DNA of 61,560 nt, from assembly GCA_045634905.1 (NCBI GenBank), contig JAZRBC010000197.1, forward strand, positions 1 to 61,560. Reading direction: 5' to 3'. Position 1 is the stretch's first letter. The number at the start of each line of letters is the position of its first letter. This document shows positions 10,121 to 18,681 of this stretch, one piece after another. The notes beneath the pieces were generated by a model that was given only the letters and a program-made list of their open reading frames with translations, was not told where the DNA came from and ran no database searches. The DNA comes from Akkermansia sp. (GTDB lineage: Bacteria > Verrucomicrobiota > Verrucomicrobiia > Verrucomicrobiales > Akkermansiaceae). The position numbers and the translations under genes are program-made.

Positions 10121-10990
10121 ATGAGACTTCAATATTACGTAGACGAAGAGGGAGAAAGCACCATTGGGCTCTGGGTCCCCAAACGCGGGTGCTTCATTGA
10201 TGTGACAGCTCAGGATGACCAGCTGTGGGCAGCCATGCTCCCCGGTGGAAAAAAGCTGCGCAAGGAAATTGAGACATGGATTTCCAAGGGTGCAGCAGAC
10301 GGAGTGCCGGTGGATACTGATGGACTGGTCATTTCCAGCGCTCTTCATGTTCAGCCCTGCACCCTGGCCTGCCTTGGTAAATGCTATGCTGAGCATGCCC
10401 GAGAATTCAGCGGCGATGCCCCCACCGAACCCTCGCTTTTCCTGAAAGCCACCTCAGCCATCTCCTCTGACCTTTCCTATGTATTGAACCCGGAGGGTGC
10501 CCGGAAGCTCGACTACGAAGTAGAGCTGGCAGTCGTCATCGGTGATACACTGCACCGCGCAACCGAAGCTGAAGCCCGCCGCGCCATTGTCGGCTACACC
10601 CTGATGTGCGATTACTCTGAGCGCTCCTACCAGCTGGAGCATGGCGGCCAATGGACCAAGGGAAAAAGCTATGACACATTTGCGCCATTCGGCCCGGTGT
10701 TCGTGACCAAGGACGAAATTCCCAATCCGGACAATCTGGAGCTCGTACTGAAAGTAAACGGAGAAATACGCCAGAAAGCCAACACCTCAGAGCTCATCAT
10801 GCCTGTGGCGCAGCTGGTGGCTTACGTATCGCAGTTCATGACACTGAATCCCGGCGATGTCGTTTCCACGGGCACTCCCGGCGGCGTGGCACTGGGGATG
10901 AACCCGCCACGCTACCTGAAGCCTGGCGATGTGGTGGAATTCAGCTGCCCGGCCATCGGCACCGTGACCCAGGTGGTGGAGGCCGAATAA
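10121..10990 (+). CDS. Fumarylacetoacetate hydrolase family protein
   Basis: LDYEVELAVVIG, WTKGKSYDTFAPFGP, PGDVVSTGTPGGV. Confidence 0.93.
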   Translation: MRLQYYVDEEGESTIGLWVPKRGCFIDVTAQDDQLWAAMLPGGKKLRKEIETWISKGAADGVPVDTDGLVISSALHVQPCTLACLGKCYAEHAREFSGDAPTEPSLFLKATSAISSDLSYVLNPEGARKLDYEVELAVVIGDTLHRATEAEARRAIVGYTLMCDYSERSYQLEHGGQWTKGKSYDTFAPFGPVFVTKDEIPNPDNLELVLKVNGEIRQKANTSELIMPVAQLVAYVSQFMTLNPGDVVSTGTPGGVALGMNPPRYLKPGDVVEFSCPAIGTVTQVVEAE

Positions 10991-10996
10991 AAAAGG

Positions 10997-11024
10997 TTGA
11001 TATTTGAAAAATACCGACTATAAT
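10997..11024 (+). promoter_or_regulatory. Sigma70-type promoter
   Basis: TTGATA-16-TATAAT upstream of epimerase. Confidence 0.55.
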
Positions 11025-11054
11025 AACGCCCGCACAAATACTTGACTTAGCGAC

Positions 11055-12086
11055 ATGAAAATACTCGTTACCGGAGCTGCAGGTTTCATCGGTTACCACA
11101 CAGTAAGCCACCTTCTGAAGCAAGGCTACCGTGTGGTCGGTATAGACAACCTCTGCAACAACAAGGATATCAGCCTGAAAACCCAGCGTCTTGCTCTGCT
11201 GGGCATTGATATCAAGCAGGCAGCAGACGGGACACGGCAGGAAGGCCGCGATGGCTTCCAGTTTATCCGCATGGATGTGCTGGACAGGCGCGCGGTGGAT
11301 GAGCTCTGCCGGGAAGAGCAGTTCAGCACCATTCTTCACCTGGCGGCCCTGACCGGCAGCACCAAGGCCCGCACCAATCCTGGTGTTTTCTGTGACACCA
11401 ACGTGACCGGCACCATGAATATGCTGGAAGCAGCCCGCCACAACGGGGTGCAGCATTTCCTGTTTTCCTCCAGCTCCTGCGTGTATGGCGACACCGCTTT
11501 ATCCCCTCTGAAAGAGGATGACCACGTTGATACACCACTCAATATGTATGCCGCCTCCAAGCGTGCGGCAGAGCTGCTGTGCTACAGCTATGCAAAATCC
11601 TACGGAATGCCTGTGACGGTTTTCCGTCTCTTCACCGTGTTCGGCCCCTGGGCCCGGCCGGATTCCATTCCGATGCAGCTGGCTCACCGCATCATGAAAG
11701 GCTCCGAAATCCGCGTGCTGAACAATGGTCACATCATCCGCGATTTCACGTTTATCGACGACCTGATGGAAGGACTGGATGCGGCGCTCTCCAGTCAGCC
11801 TTTAAGTGCGAATGGAGTCAATTATGCGCTGTATAACGTGGGACGCGGCAAACCAGTGTCGTTCCTTACATTTGTGCAGGCGCTGGAATATGCTCTCAGT
11901 CGCACGGCGGAAGTAGTGCTGGACCCGGCCTCTCCCCTACAGCTGGGAGAACACATAGAAATGTATGCCGACACCTCCAGAATGGAGCGCGAGCTCGCCT
12001 ATTCTCCGGTGTGGGATTACGAAGAGGCAATTCCCCGTTTTGCGGATTGGTTCCTCGCGAACTACAACAAGACATTCCGCATGTAA
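11055..12086 (+). CDS. NAD-dependent epimerase, UDP-glucuronate 4-epimerase-like
   Basis: TGAAGFIG, SSSSCVYG, YAASK, RLFTVFGPWARPD, RDFTFIDD. Confidence 0.88.
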   Translation: MKILVTGAAGFIGYHTVSHLLKQGYRVVGIDNLCNNKDISLKTQRLALLGIDIKQAADGTRQEGRDGFQFIRMDVLDRRAVDELCREEQFSTILHLAALTGSTKARTNPGVFCDTNVTGTMNMLEAARHNGVQHFLFSSSSCVYGDTALSPLKEDDHVDTPLNMYAASKRAAELLCYSYAKSYGMPVTVFRLFTVFGPWARPDSIPMQLAHRIMKGSEIRVLNNGHIIRDFTFIDDLMEGLDAALSSQPLSANGVNYALYNVGRGKPVSFLTFVQALEYALSRTAEVVLDPASPLQLGEHIEMYADTSRMERELAYSPVWDYEEAIPRFADWFLANYNKTFRM

Positions 12087-12123
12087 ACAGCTCTCAATTT
12101 CACCAACAAAACCGAACAGATAC

Positions 12124-13164
12124 GTGTCCCCCTATTTATATCAACTTGCCAAGAAGATGCTGTTCTGCCTCGACCCGGAAACAGCACACAAACTCACACT
12201 TGCCGGGCTCCGTACTGCTGAGCACCTGCATCTCCTGCCCGCTATGATGGGCAAACCCGTGGAGGACCCCGTGACGGTGATGGGGCTCAAATTCCCCAAC
12301 CGCGTGGGTCTTGCAGCCGGCATGGATAAGGAAGCCAATACAGTGGCAGCATTCGGCCACCTGGGTTTCGGCTTTGTGGAAGTAGGAACCCTGACTCCGC
12401 GACCGCAGCCCGGCAACCCGAAGCCCCGCCTCTTCCGCTGTATTCCTCAGCAGGCCATTATCAACCACATGGGAATCAACAACCCCGGGGTGGATGAAGG
12501 TGTGGAGAATATCCGCAACACCCGCCGTTTCAATGGAATCCTCGGGGTCAACATCAGCAAGAACAAAGTAACACCGAACACCGAGGCACACCAGGATTAC
12601 CTGGCCTGCCTGCGTGCCGTCTGGGACGTGGCTGACTACGTAGCCATCAATTTTTCCTGCCCGAATGTCCCCAACCTGCAGGAACTCGCCAAAGCCGACA
12701 GTGCTGCAGATCTGCTCTCACTCATGAAAAGTGAGCAAGCCAACCTCACCAACGATACTGGTCGCTACGTGCCGCTGGTCATGAAAGTCTCCCCGGACAT
12801 GAGCGAAGCACAGATTCGCGACCTTGCCCACGTGTTCCAGGATTGCCAGCTGGACGGTCTCATCTGCACCAATACCACTACCACCCGCACCGGCGTGGAG
12901 GATTCTCCGCATGCAAGCCAGAGCGGCGGCATGTCAGGCAAGCCCCTGTACAACCGGGCAAATGAAACGCTGGCCGCCTTTGCTCAGGAGCTCAAGGGCA
13001 GCATCCCCATCATCGGCGTAGGCGGTATCACCACAGCAGAAGACGCAGTGAACAAAATCAAGGCAGGTGCCTCCCTTGTGCAGCTGTACAGTGGCTTTAT
13101 CTACAATGGCCCGCCACTGGTACACGCAGCCGCCCGCGCCATCAAGGAGCAGTGCCGCGCCTGA
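12124..13164 (+). CDS. pyrD: Quinone-dependent dihydroorotate dehydrogenase
   Basis: DPETAH, VGLAAGMDK, QPGNPKPRLFR, NFSCPN, GGMSGKPL, GASLVQLYS; GTG start at 12124. Confidence 0.95.
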   Translation: MSPYLYQLAKKMLFCLDPETAHKLTLAGLRTAEHLHLLPAMMGKPVEDPVTVMGLKFPNRVGLAAGMDKEANTVAAFGHLGFGFVEVGTLTPRPQPGNPKPRLFRCIPQQAIINHMGINNPGVDEGVENIRNTRRFNGILGVNISKNKVTPNTEAHQDYLACLRAVWDVADYVAINFSCPNVPNLQELAKADSAADLLSLMKSEQANLTNDTGRYVPLVMKVSPDMSEAQIRDLAHVFQDCQLDGLICTNTTTTRTGVEDSPHASQSGGMSGKPLYNRANETLAAFAQELKGSIPIIGVGGITTAEDAVNKIKAGASLVQLYSGFIYNGPPLVHAAARAIKEQCRA

Positions 13165-13189
13165 TTTTTGCAGAAAACACCACTTCTAT

Positions 13190-13222
13190 ACAGCGCTTCC
13201 GGGTAAGGAAGCGCTGTTTTTC
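13190..13222 (+). terminator. Intrinsic terminator after pyrD
   Basis: acagcgcttcc-gggtaa-ggaagcgctgt followed by T run. Confidence 0.8.
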
Positions 13223-13254
13223 CATTTTTTCATCATCCATGGCTCATTTGTTGT

Positions 13255-13283
13255 TTGCCAAAACCTGAGCTATGTGCTAGTAT
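13255..13283 (+). promoter_or_regulatory. Sigma70-type promoter
   Basis: TTGCCA-17-TAGTAT with extended TG. Confidence 0.55.
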
Positions 13284-13318
13284 GACGTCTGAGAATTAGC
13301 TTTCACCCCACACGAAAC

Positions 13319-14839
13319 ATGAAGAAAACACACCTCATCCTTTCGTTGCTCGCTCTGTCAGCCGCGTTTGCCCAGGCTGCAGAGTACACCATCACTCTGA
13401 CCTCTGCAGAACGCTTTACTGATTGCACGGTCATCTACAAGAGCAGCAGCACCACCAAGTTCCGGGGCAAAGACAAGGCTGGCAAGGTAGTCACCAGAGA
13501 AGTACCCACCAGCAACATCATTGTGATGCGTGAAGTGGTGAAGGAAGAAGAAGAACCGGCGGAAACCACAGAAGCGCCCGAGACTCCGGCAGCCCCGGAG
13601 ACGAGCACCGACCAGGCTCCCGCCAGTCCTGCAGCTGCCGAAGCCAAGCCCGGGGAGGAACAGGCCCCCATTGCCGATGGCAACGTAGCACAGCGTGAGG
13701 GTGAGGAAAAAGCCAAGGATGCCACCCTCCGCCTGCGTGAGAAAATGGCCAGTATCGACGCCATTCTCTCCAGAATCACCAAACCCAGCCGTTCCCTGCA
13801 AAGCCAGTGCAGCAACGTGAAGACCCGAGTCGGCCGGATGCTGCCCGATATGGACAAGAAAGCACTGGAGGTCATCAAACTTCAGGAAGAGTTCAACAAA
13901 GCCGGTGCCGCAGACTATTCCTTTGACAAGGTAAGCGTGGAGCAGCGCGACCAGTATGTGCGCGATGCCGAAGCTGCCTACAACGCCATGGTGATTGACA
14001 TGAAAGAAAAGAAGCGCCGCCGCAAGGTGGCGGGTCTCGACAAGTTCGAAATCATGCGCGAGCGCTACCAGGGAATTCCCCAGTACAAGGAAGCATACGA
14101 CAAGTACATCAAGACCCTCTATAAACTGCAGAAATCGTGGACCAAGAGTCTTGAACGAGAAGAAGCCACCCGCAAGCGTCTGGTGCCGGCTAAACGCACC
14201 GCCATGGAAAAGCTTGACGAACGCCAGTACAACGAACTGGCTGCACAGCTCAGAGAGGACGGCGATGATATTGCCACGGTCTGGTTCATTCCCCAGAACC
14301 GCAACCTGAAGATGCTCCGCATCAGCGTGAACAAGGTGAAGGATGCCATCCGCCGCAATGAGGATCGCCCCATTGACAAGCAGGCCGGAACAGTCCCCTC
14401 TCTGCTCACCCAGTTCTGGAACAACATGGACGAGGTTCGCATGAGCATGGTCAGCGGTGATCTCGAAGGCGCTGAAAAACTCCTTCAGCAGAACGCCGCC
14501 TACAATATCATCCGCGGTCTGAAACGTGAGCTGCTGCCCACCGAATATAAGCAGCCGCTGCTGGACCAGTATAAGGACACACAATCAGAAATCCGCAATC
14601 GCAAGCGCGCCAACGTCACACTGAAACTCGCACTGGAACGTGCCACGAAGAATCTGGACACTCTGACCTCCAACGCGGAAGCTCAGATTGACAGCGCTCT
14701 TGAAGCTGCTCAGCGGGAACTCGACACAGACGCAGGAGAAAACACCATGGAAGTGGAGCAGCCGGCGCAGGAACCTGCTGCACAGGAAGAGCAGCCCCAG
14801 GCAGCCACCGATGCGGCACCCGCTGCTGAGAACAAGTAA
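13319..14839 (+). CDS. Secreted coiled-coil hypothetical protein (506 aa)
   Basis: Signal peptide ending AQA, small beta domain, Pro/Ala/Glu linker, helical body. Confidence 0.85.
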   Translation: MKKTHLILSLLALSAAFAQAAEYTITLTSAERFTDCTVIYKSSSTTKFRGKDKAGKVVTREVPTSNIIVMREVVKEEEEPAETTEAPETPAAPETSTDQAPASPAAAEAKPGEEQAPIADGNVAQREGEEKAKDATLRLREKMASIDAILSRITKPSRSLQSQCSNVKTRVGRMLPDMDKKALEVIKLQEEFNKAGAADYSFDKVSVEQRDQYVRDAEAAYNAMVIDMKEKKRRRKVAGLDKFEIMRERYQGIPQYKEAYDKYIKTLYKLQKSWTKSLEREEATRKRLVPAKRTAMEKLDERQYNELAAQLREDGDDIATVWFIPQNRNLKMLRISVNKVKDAIRRNEDRPIDKQAGTVPSLLTQFWNNMDEVRMSMVSGDLEGAEKLLQQNAAYNIIRGLKRELLPTEYKQPLLDQYKDTQSEIRNRKRANVTLKLALERATKNLDTLTSNAEAQIDSALEAAQRELDTDAGENTMEVEQPAQEPAAQEEQPQAATDAAPAAENK

Positions 14840-14855
14840 CATCTCGCGTCTTACC

Positions 14856-15266
14856 ATGTTCAGAACAGGCTTAGCAGCCTTAGCCCTGATGATGCCGCTT
14901 GCGTATGCAGCTCCGGCCAAGGAGCTGCCCGCGGCTGTCGATAAAGCCTTTACAGAATATGCTGCGCTACCGGGCAAGCTGATTCCCGCGCTCAGCATGG
15001 CACAGGATAAGGCCAGCGCTGATGCCGCAGCAGAAAAGCTCCGCCTGGCCCTGCCAGCCATCTATGATGCCCGTGAGCTGCTGCACCACATGCCGCAGCT
15101 CACGCCTGCCCAGAATGAACAGGTGAAACAGACATATGGCCACCGCATGCGGGTAGAGTGGGCAAAGCTGTACGAGCAGATAGCCCGGGTACGAGAAGCC
15201 AGGTGCTACCAATCCGTTGCTCTGGCGCAGGCTTTCCGCCTCATGTGCATGATGATTGAGAAATGA
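14856..15266 (+). CDS. Small secreted helical protein
   Basis: ATG 14856 with signal peptide ending AYA; ATGA overlap with next gene. Confidence 0.75.
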   Translation: MFRTGLAALALMMPLAYAAPAKELPAAVDKAFTEYAALPGKLIPALSMAQDKASADAAAEKLRLALPAIYDARELLHHMPQLTPAQNEQVKQTYGHRMRVEWAKLYEQIARVREARCYQSVALAQAFRLMCMMIEK

Positions 15267-15712
15267 AGCTGATTCCATATCTGATTATTCCGGTACTCAC
15301 CTGCTGTCTTCCGGAGGCAGCCGCCAATGTGGTGAGCGATTCTCCCCAGCCTGAGAGCAATTCACAGCAGCCGGCCCTGCCGGAGAGCGAACAGAGAATC
15401 CGCAGTGGCATTGTCATTCTCGGCACTCTGTGTCAGAGCATGGCTGCCGTGCAGGATTACAATACCGCAGAAGCCGCTGTACCTCAGATAATGCGCCTGC
15501 GCGATGAACTCCTCCAGTGGACCCGCTCCTTCAATAATCTGCCCCCTCTTGCCGAGCACGAGGAGCAGGTTTACGAAGACCGCTATCTCCCCATGATTCG
15601 CAAAATCAACAGGATTCTTGAAACACAGGCAGACCGGCTCGCCGCTGCTGAATACTATGGTTCCAGAAATCTGGCTGCTGCCCTGGTGCACATGGCTCAG
15701 GTAGGCCACTAA
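15263..15712 (+). CDS. Small secreted helical protein, paralog of upstream gene
   Basis: Signal peptide; VQD..TAEAA and RL....YYGS..L motif. Confidence 0.75.
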   Translation: MKLIPYLIIPVLTCCLPEAAANVVSDSPQPESNSQQPALPESEQRIRSGIVILGTLCQSMAAVQDYNTAEAAVPQIMRLRDELLQWTRSFNNLPPLAEHEEQVYEDRYLPMIRKINRILETQADRLAAAEYYGSRNLAAALVHMAQVGH

Positions 15713-15733
15713 TTTTCACACAACTCTATTACT

Positions 15734-16978
15734 ATGGCTACGATACGTCCCTTTGCCGCCATCCGCCCGCCGAAGCAATATGCCGAGCAGGTATCCTGCC
15801 TGCCCTATGATGTCATGAATCACAGCGAAGCCTGTGCCATGGCTGCCGGCAATGCCTCATCCTACCTCCACATCTGCCGCGCGGATATTGATACCAGCGA
15901 AGCAGAAATTCACGAACCGGTCACCTACGGGAAAAGCCGCGATAACCTGCAGGATTTTCTGCGCAAAGGTATTCTGATACGTGAAGACAAACCCTGCTAC
16001 TACATATATCGGCAGATGATGTGGGGACGTGTGCAGACCGGTATTGTCGGCTGCGCCAGCGTGGATGAGTATCTGGACGGCACCATCAAGAAGCACGAGC
16101 TTACCCGCAAGGAAAAGGAACTTGACCGCATTAACCACTTCGATACCTGCTCCACCCAGACCGAACCTGTATTCCTTGCCTACCGCAAGCACGAAGGCAT
16201 TTCCGCCACGATTCGGGAGTGGATTAAATTTCACAAGCCTGAATACGAGTTCACGAGTGAAGACGGTGTAACTCACCTGCTCTGGCCGGTGACGGATGAC
16301 GATGCAATCTCCGCCATTCGCCAGGGCTTTGCCGAGGTGCCGGTGCTTTACATTGCCGACGGCCACCACCGCACAGCCAGCAGCGCCGCAGTGTCTGCCA
16401 AGCGCCGTGCCGAGCATCCGGAATTCACCGGCGAGGAAGAGTTCAACTATCTCATGGCCGTGACCTTCTGCGATGAAGACCTCTTCATCATGGACTACAA
16501 CCGCGTGGTGTTTGACCTGAATGGCCTGAGTGAAGCTGCGTTCCTCTCCACAATTGGTGAGAAATTCGAAGTCAGACCGGCTGCCACCGAAGCACCGCAT
16601 GCCCCGAGACACAAGCACGAATTCGGCATGTTCCTGGGCGGAAAGTGGTACAGCATTACCGCAAAGGCAGGCACCTTCGACGCTACGCACCCCATCGACA
16701 GCCTGGACTGCGCCATTCTGCAGAGCAACCTGCTTGCACCGGTTCTGGGTATTACAGACCCCCGCACCAGCGAACGCATTGACTTTGTAGGCGGTATCCG
16801 TGGTCTCGAGGAACTGGAGAAACGAGCCGGAGAAACAGGCGTTGCCTTCTCCCTCTATCCCGTCACGATGGACGACCTCTTCAACGTGGCCGACAGCGGG
16901 GAAATCATGCCCCCGAAATCCACCTGGTTTGAGCCCAAACTGCGCAGTGGTCTCTTCGCCCACGAAATTGAACGCTAA
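15734..16978 (+). CDS. DUF1015 family protein
   Basis: LPYDV, IKKHELTR, LYIADGHHR, MPPKSTWFEPKLRSGL. Confidence 0.93.
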   Translation: MATIRPFAAIRPPKQYAEQVSCLPYDVMNHSEACAMAAGNASSYLHICRADIDTSEAEIHEPVTYGKSRDNLQDFLRKGILIREDKPCYYIYRQMMWGRVQTGIVGCASVDEYLDGTIKKHELTRKEKELDRINHFDTCSTQTEPVFLAYRKHEGISATIREWIKFHKPEYEFTSEDGVTHLLWPVTDDDAISAIRQGFAEVPVLYIADGHHRTASSAAVSAKRRAEHPEFTGEEEFNYLMAVTFCDEDLFIMDYNRVVFDLNGLSEAAFLSTIGEKFEVRPAATEAPHAPRHKHEFGMFLGGKWYSITAKAGTFDATHPIDSLDCAILQSNLLAPVLGITDPRTSERIDFVGGIRGLEELEKRAGETGVAFSLYPVTMDDLFNVADSGEIMPPKSTWFEPKLRSGLFAHEIER

Positions 16979-17001
16979 CCCCCCCTTCTCTATCAATCAT
17001 T

Positions 17002-18570
17002 ATGAAAATTCTTATTCCGACCAAGCTCGACAAAGCCGCAGCTGCCACACTGAATGCAGCAGGCTACGACGTTGTGCAGGATGACGCTGCGCCCATTGAG
17101 GAACTCGTGGCGGCAAACCCGGATGCAGCCGGTATCATCGTGCGTTCTGAAAAGGTGACACCCGCCATCATCGATGCCCTTCCCGGTCTCAAGTGCGTCA
17201 TCCGCGCCGGCGCCGGGTACGACAACATCGACTACGTGTACGCCCGCACGAAGAACATTGATGTGATGAACACCCCGGGAGCCAACTCCAACGCCGTGGC
17301 AGAAGAGGTGATTGCCATGATTCTGGCTGCCTATCGATATGTGGTGCCGGCAGATCAGACCACTCGCGCCGGTGAGTGGAACAAGAAAAAATACATGGGG
17401 CGCGAGCTGACCGGCAAAACGGTTGGCATCCTCGGTCTCGGCAACATCGGTCGTCTTCTCGTGAAGCGCCTGCAGGGCTTTGAATGTAAGGTTCTGGGCT
17501 ACGATCACTTCCTTTCCAAACAGCGAGCCCTCAACATCGGTGCCACCCCGACGGAAATGGATGAGATTTTCTCCACGGCAGATATCATCTCCCTGCACGT
17601 CCCCGGTGGTCCGGCCACGCGAAATCTCATCAATGCTGAACTGATTGGCAAAATGAAGGAGGGTTCCATGCTCATCAACTGCTCTCGATACGGAGTGGTG
17701 GATGAAGATGCCATCCGCGCAGCCAGAGCCGCAGGCAAAAACATCATCTACTGCACAGACGTGCATCCCAAGGATGCCGCAGCCATGCAACCCAGCGCCG
17801 ATGTTGCAGACCTGCTGCTGCCCCACCTGGGAGCCAACACCAGAGAAGCCAACAAGAACGCCGCCATGCAGGCTGCCCGGCAGATGATTGACTACTTTGT
17901 CAGCGGTGATACCGCCTGCGTCATCAATGCCGAACGCCCCGCAGGCCTGCATCCTGCCCAGCTCCAGCTTGCCGCCATGCTTGGCAGACTTTGCTACCAG
18001 ATGGGCGGCTGCAAACCCATCCGCAAGATTGAATGTACCTTCTACAACAATCTGCGTTCTTACCGCAAATGGTTCACCCCGTGGATTCTGCAGGGAGCCG
18101 TTCCCGGTGCGGAACGCGGGCTCATGCCCGCTGCCGCGGAAACCTCATTCCGCGAGCACGGCATTGTCTACAAAGCACGCGAGCCCAAAGACGACAAACT
18201 GTACGATGATGCCCTGACCCTCGATATCCACATGGAAGTGGACGGGCACCAGATTGTGAGCAGCGTGCGTGGTATGGTGGTAGACGGGACACCGGTTGTT
18301 TCCCGAATCGAGGAATTTGACCATCTCTACGCAGCCCTTGCCGGTAATACACTGGTACTTCGCTACGCCGACCGCCCCGGTGTTGTGGCAGCCATTGGTC
18401 AGGCTCTTTCCCTGGCGGGTATCAACATTGATAACATCGTGGCTCCTACCGACCACAAGAGCGGAGATTCCCTGGCAGTCATCAAGACCAACCTGCCTGT
18501 GCACGAAGACCAGGTTCAGGCCATTGCCAAGACCATTTCTGCTAAACTTGCCTTCACCATTTCAATGTAA
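17002..18570 (+). CDS. serA: D-3-phosphoglycerate dehydrogenase with C-terminal ACT domain
   Basis: RAGAGYDNID, NTPGANSNAVAE, GLGNIG, PHLGANT, DRPGVV ACT motif. Confidence 0.9.
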   Translation: MKILIPTKLDKAAAATLNAAGYDVVQDDAAPIEELVAANPDAAGIIVRSEKVTPAIIDALPGLKCVIRAGAGYDNIDYVYARTKNIDVMNTPGANSNAVAEEVIAMILAAYRYVVPADQTTRAGEWNKKKYMGRELTGKTVGILGLGNIGRLLVKRLQGFECKVLGYDHFLSKQRALNIGATPTEMDEIFSTADIISLHVPGGPATRNLINAELIGKMKEGSMLINCSRYGVVDEDAIRAARAAGKNIIYCTDVHPKDAAAMQPSADVADLLLPHLGANTREANKNAAMQAARQMIDYFVSGDTACVINAERPAGLHPAQLQLAAMLGRLCYQMGGCKPIRKIECTFYNNLRSYRKWFTPWILQGAVPGAERGLMPAAAETSFREHGIVYKAREPKDDKLYDDALTLDIHMEVDGHQIVSSVRGMVVDGTPVVSRIEEFDHLYAALAGNTLVLRYADRPGVVAAIGQALSLAGINIDNIVAPTDHKSGDSLAVIKTNLPVHEDQVQAIAKTISAKLAFTISM

Positions 18571-18600
18571 GCAGTTTAACACTGTAAATAACAGAACGCG

Positions 18601-18630
18601 AAAGCCGGCGGGAGTAATCCCGCCGGCTTT
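18601..18630 (+). terminator. Intrinsic terminator after serA
   Basis: aaagccggcggga-gtaa-tcccgccggcttt perfect stem. Confidence 0.8.
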
Positions 18631-18681
18631 CTGCTGAACATAACATTTTCCTTGTTCTCAGAATCTTTATCTGGTACACTC

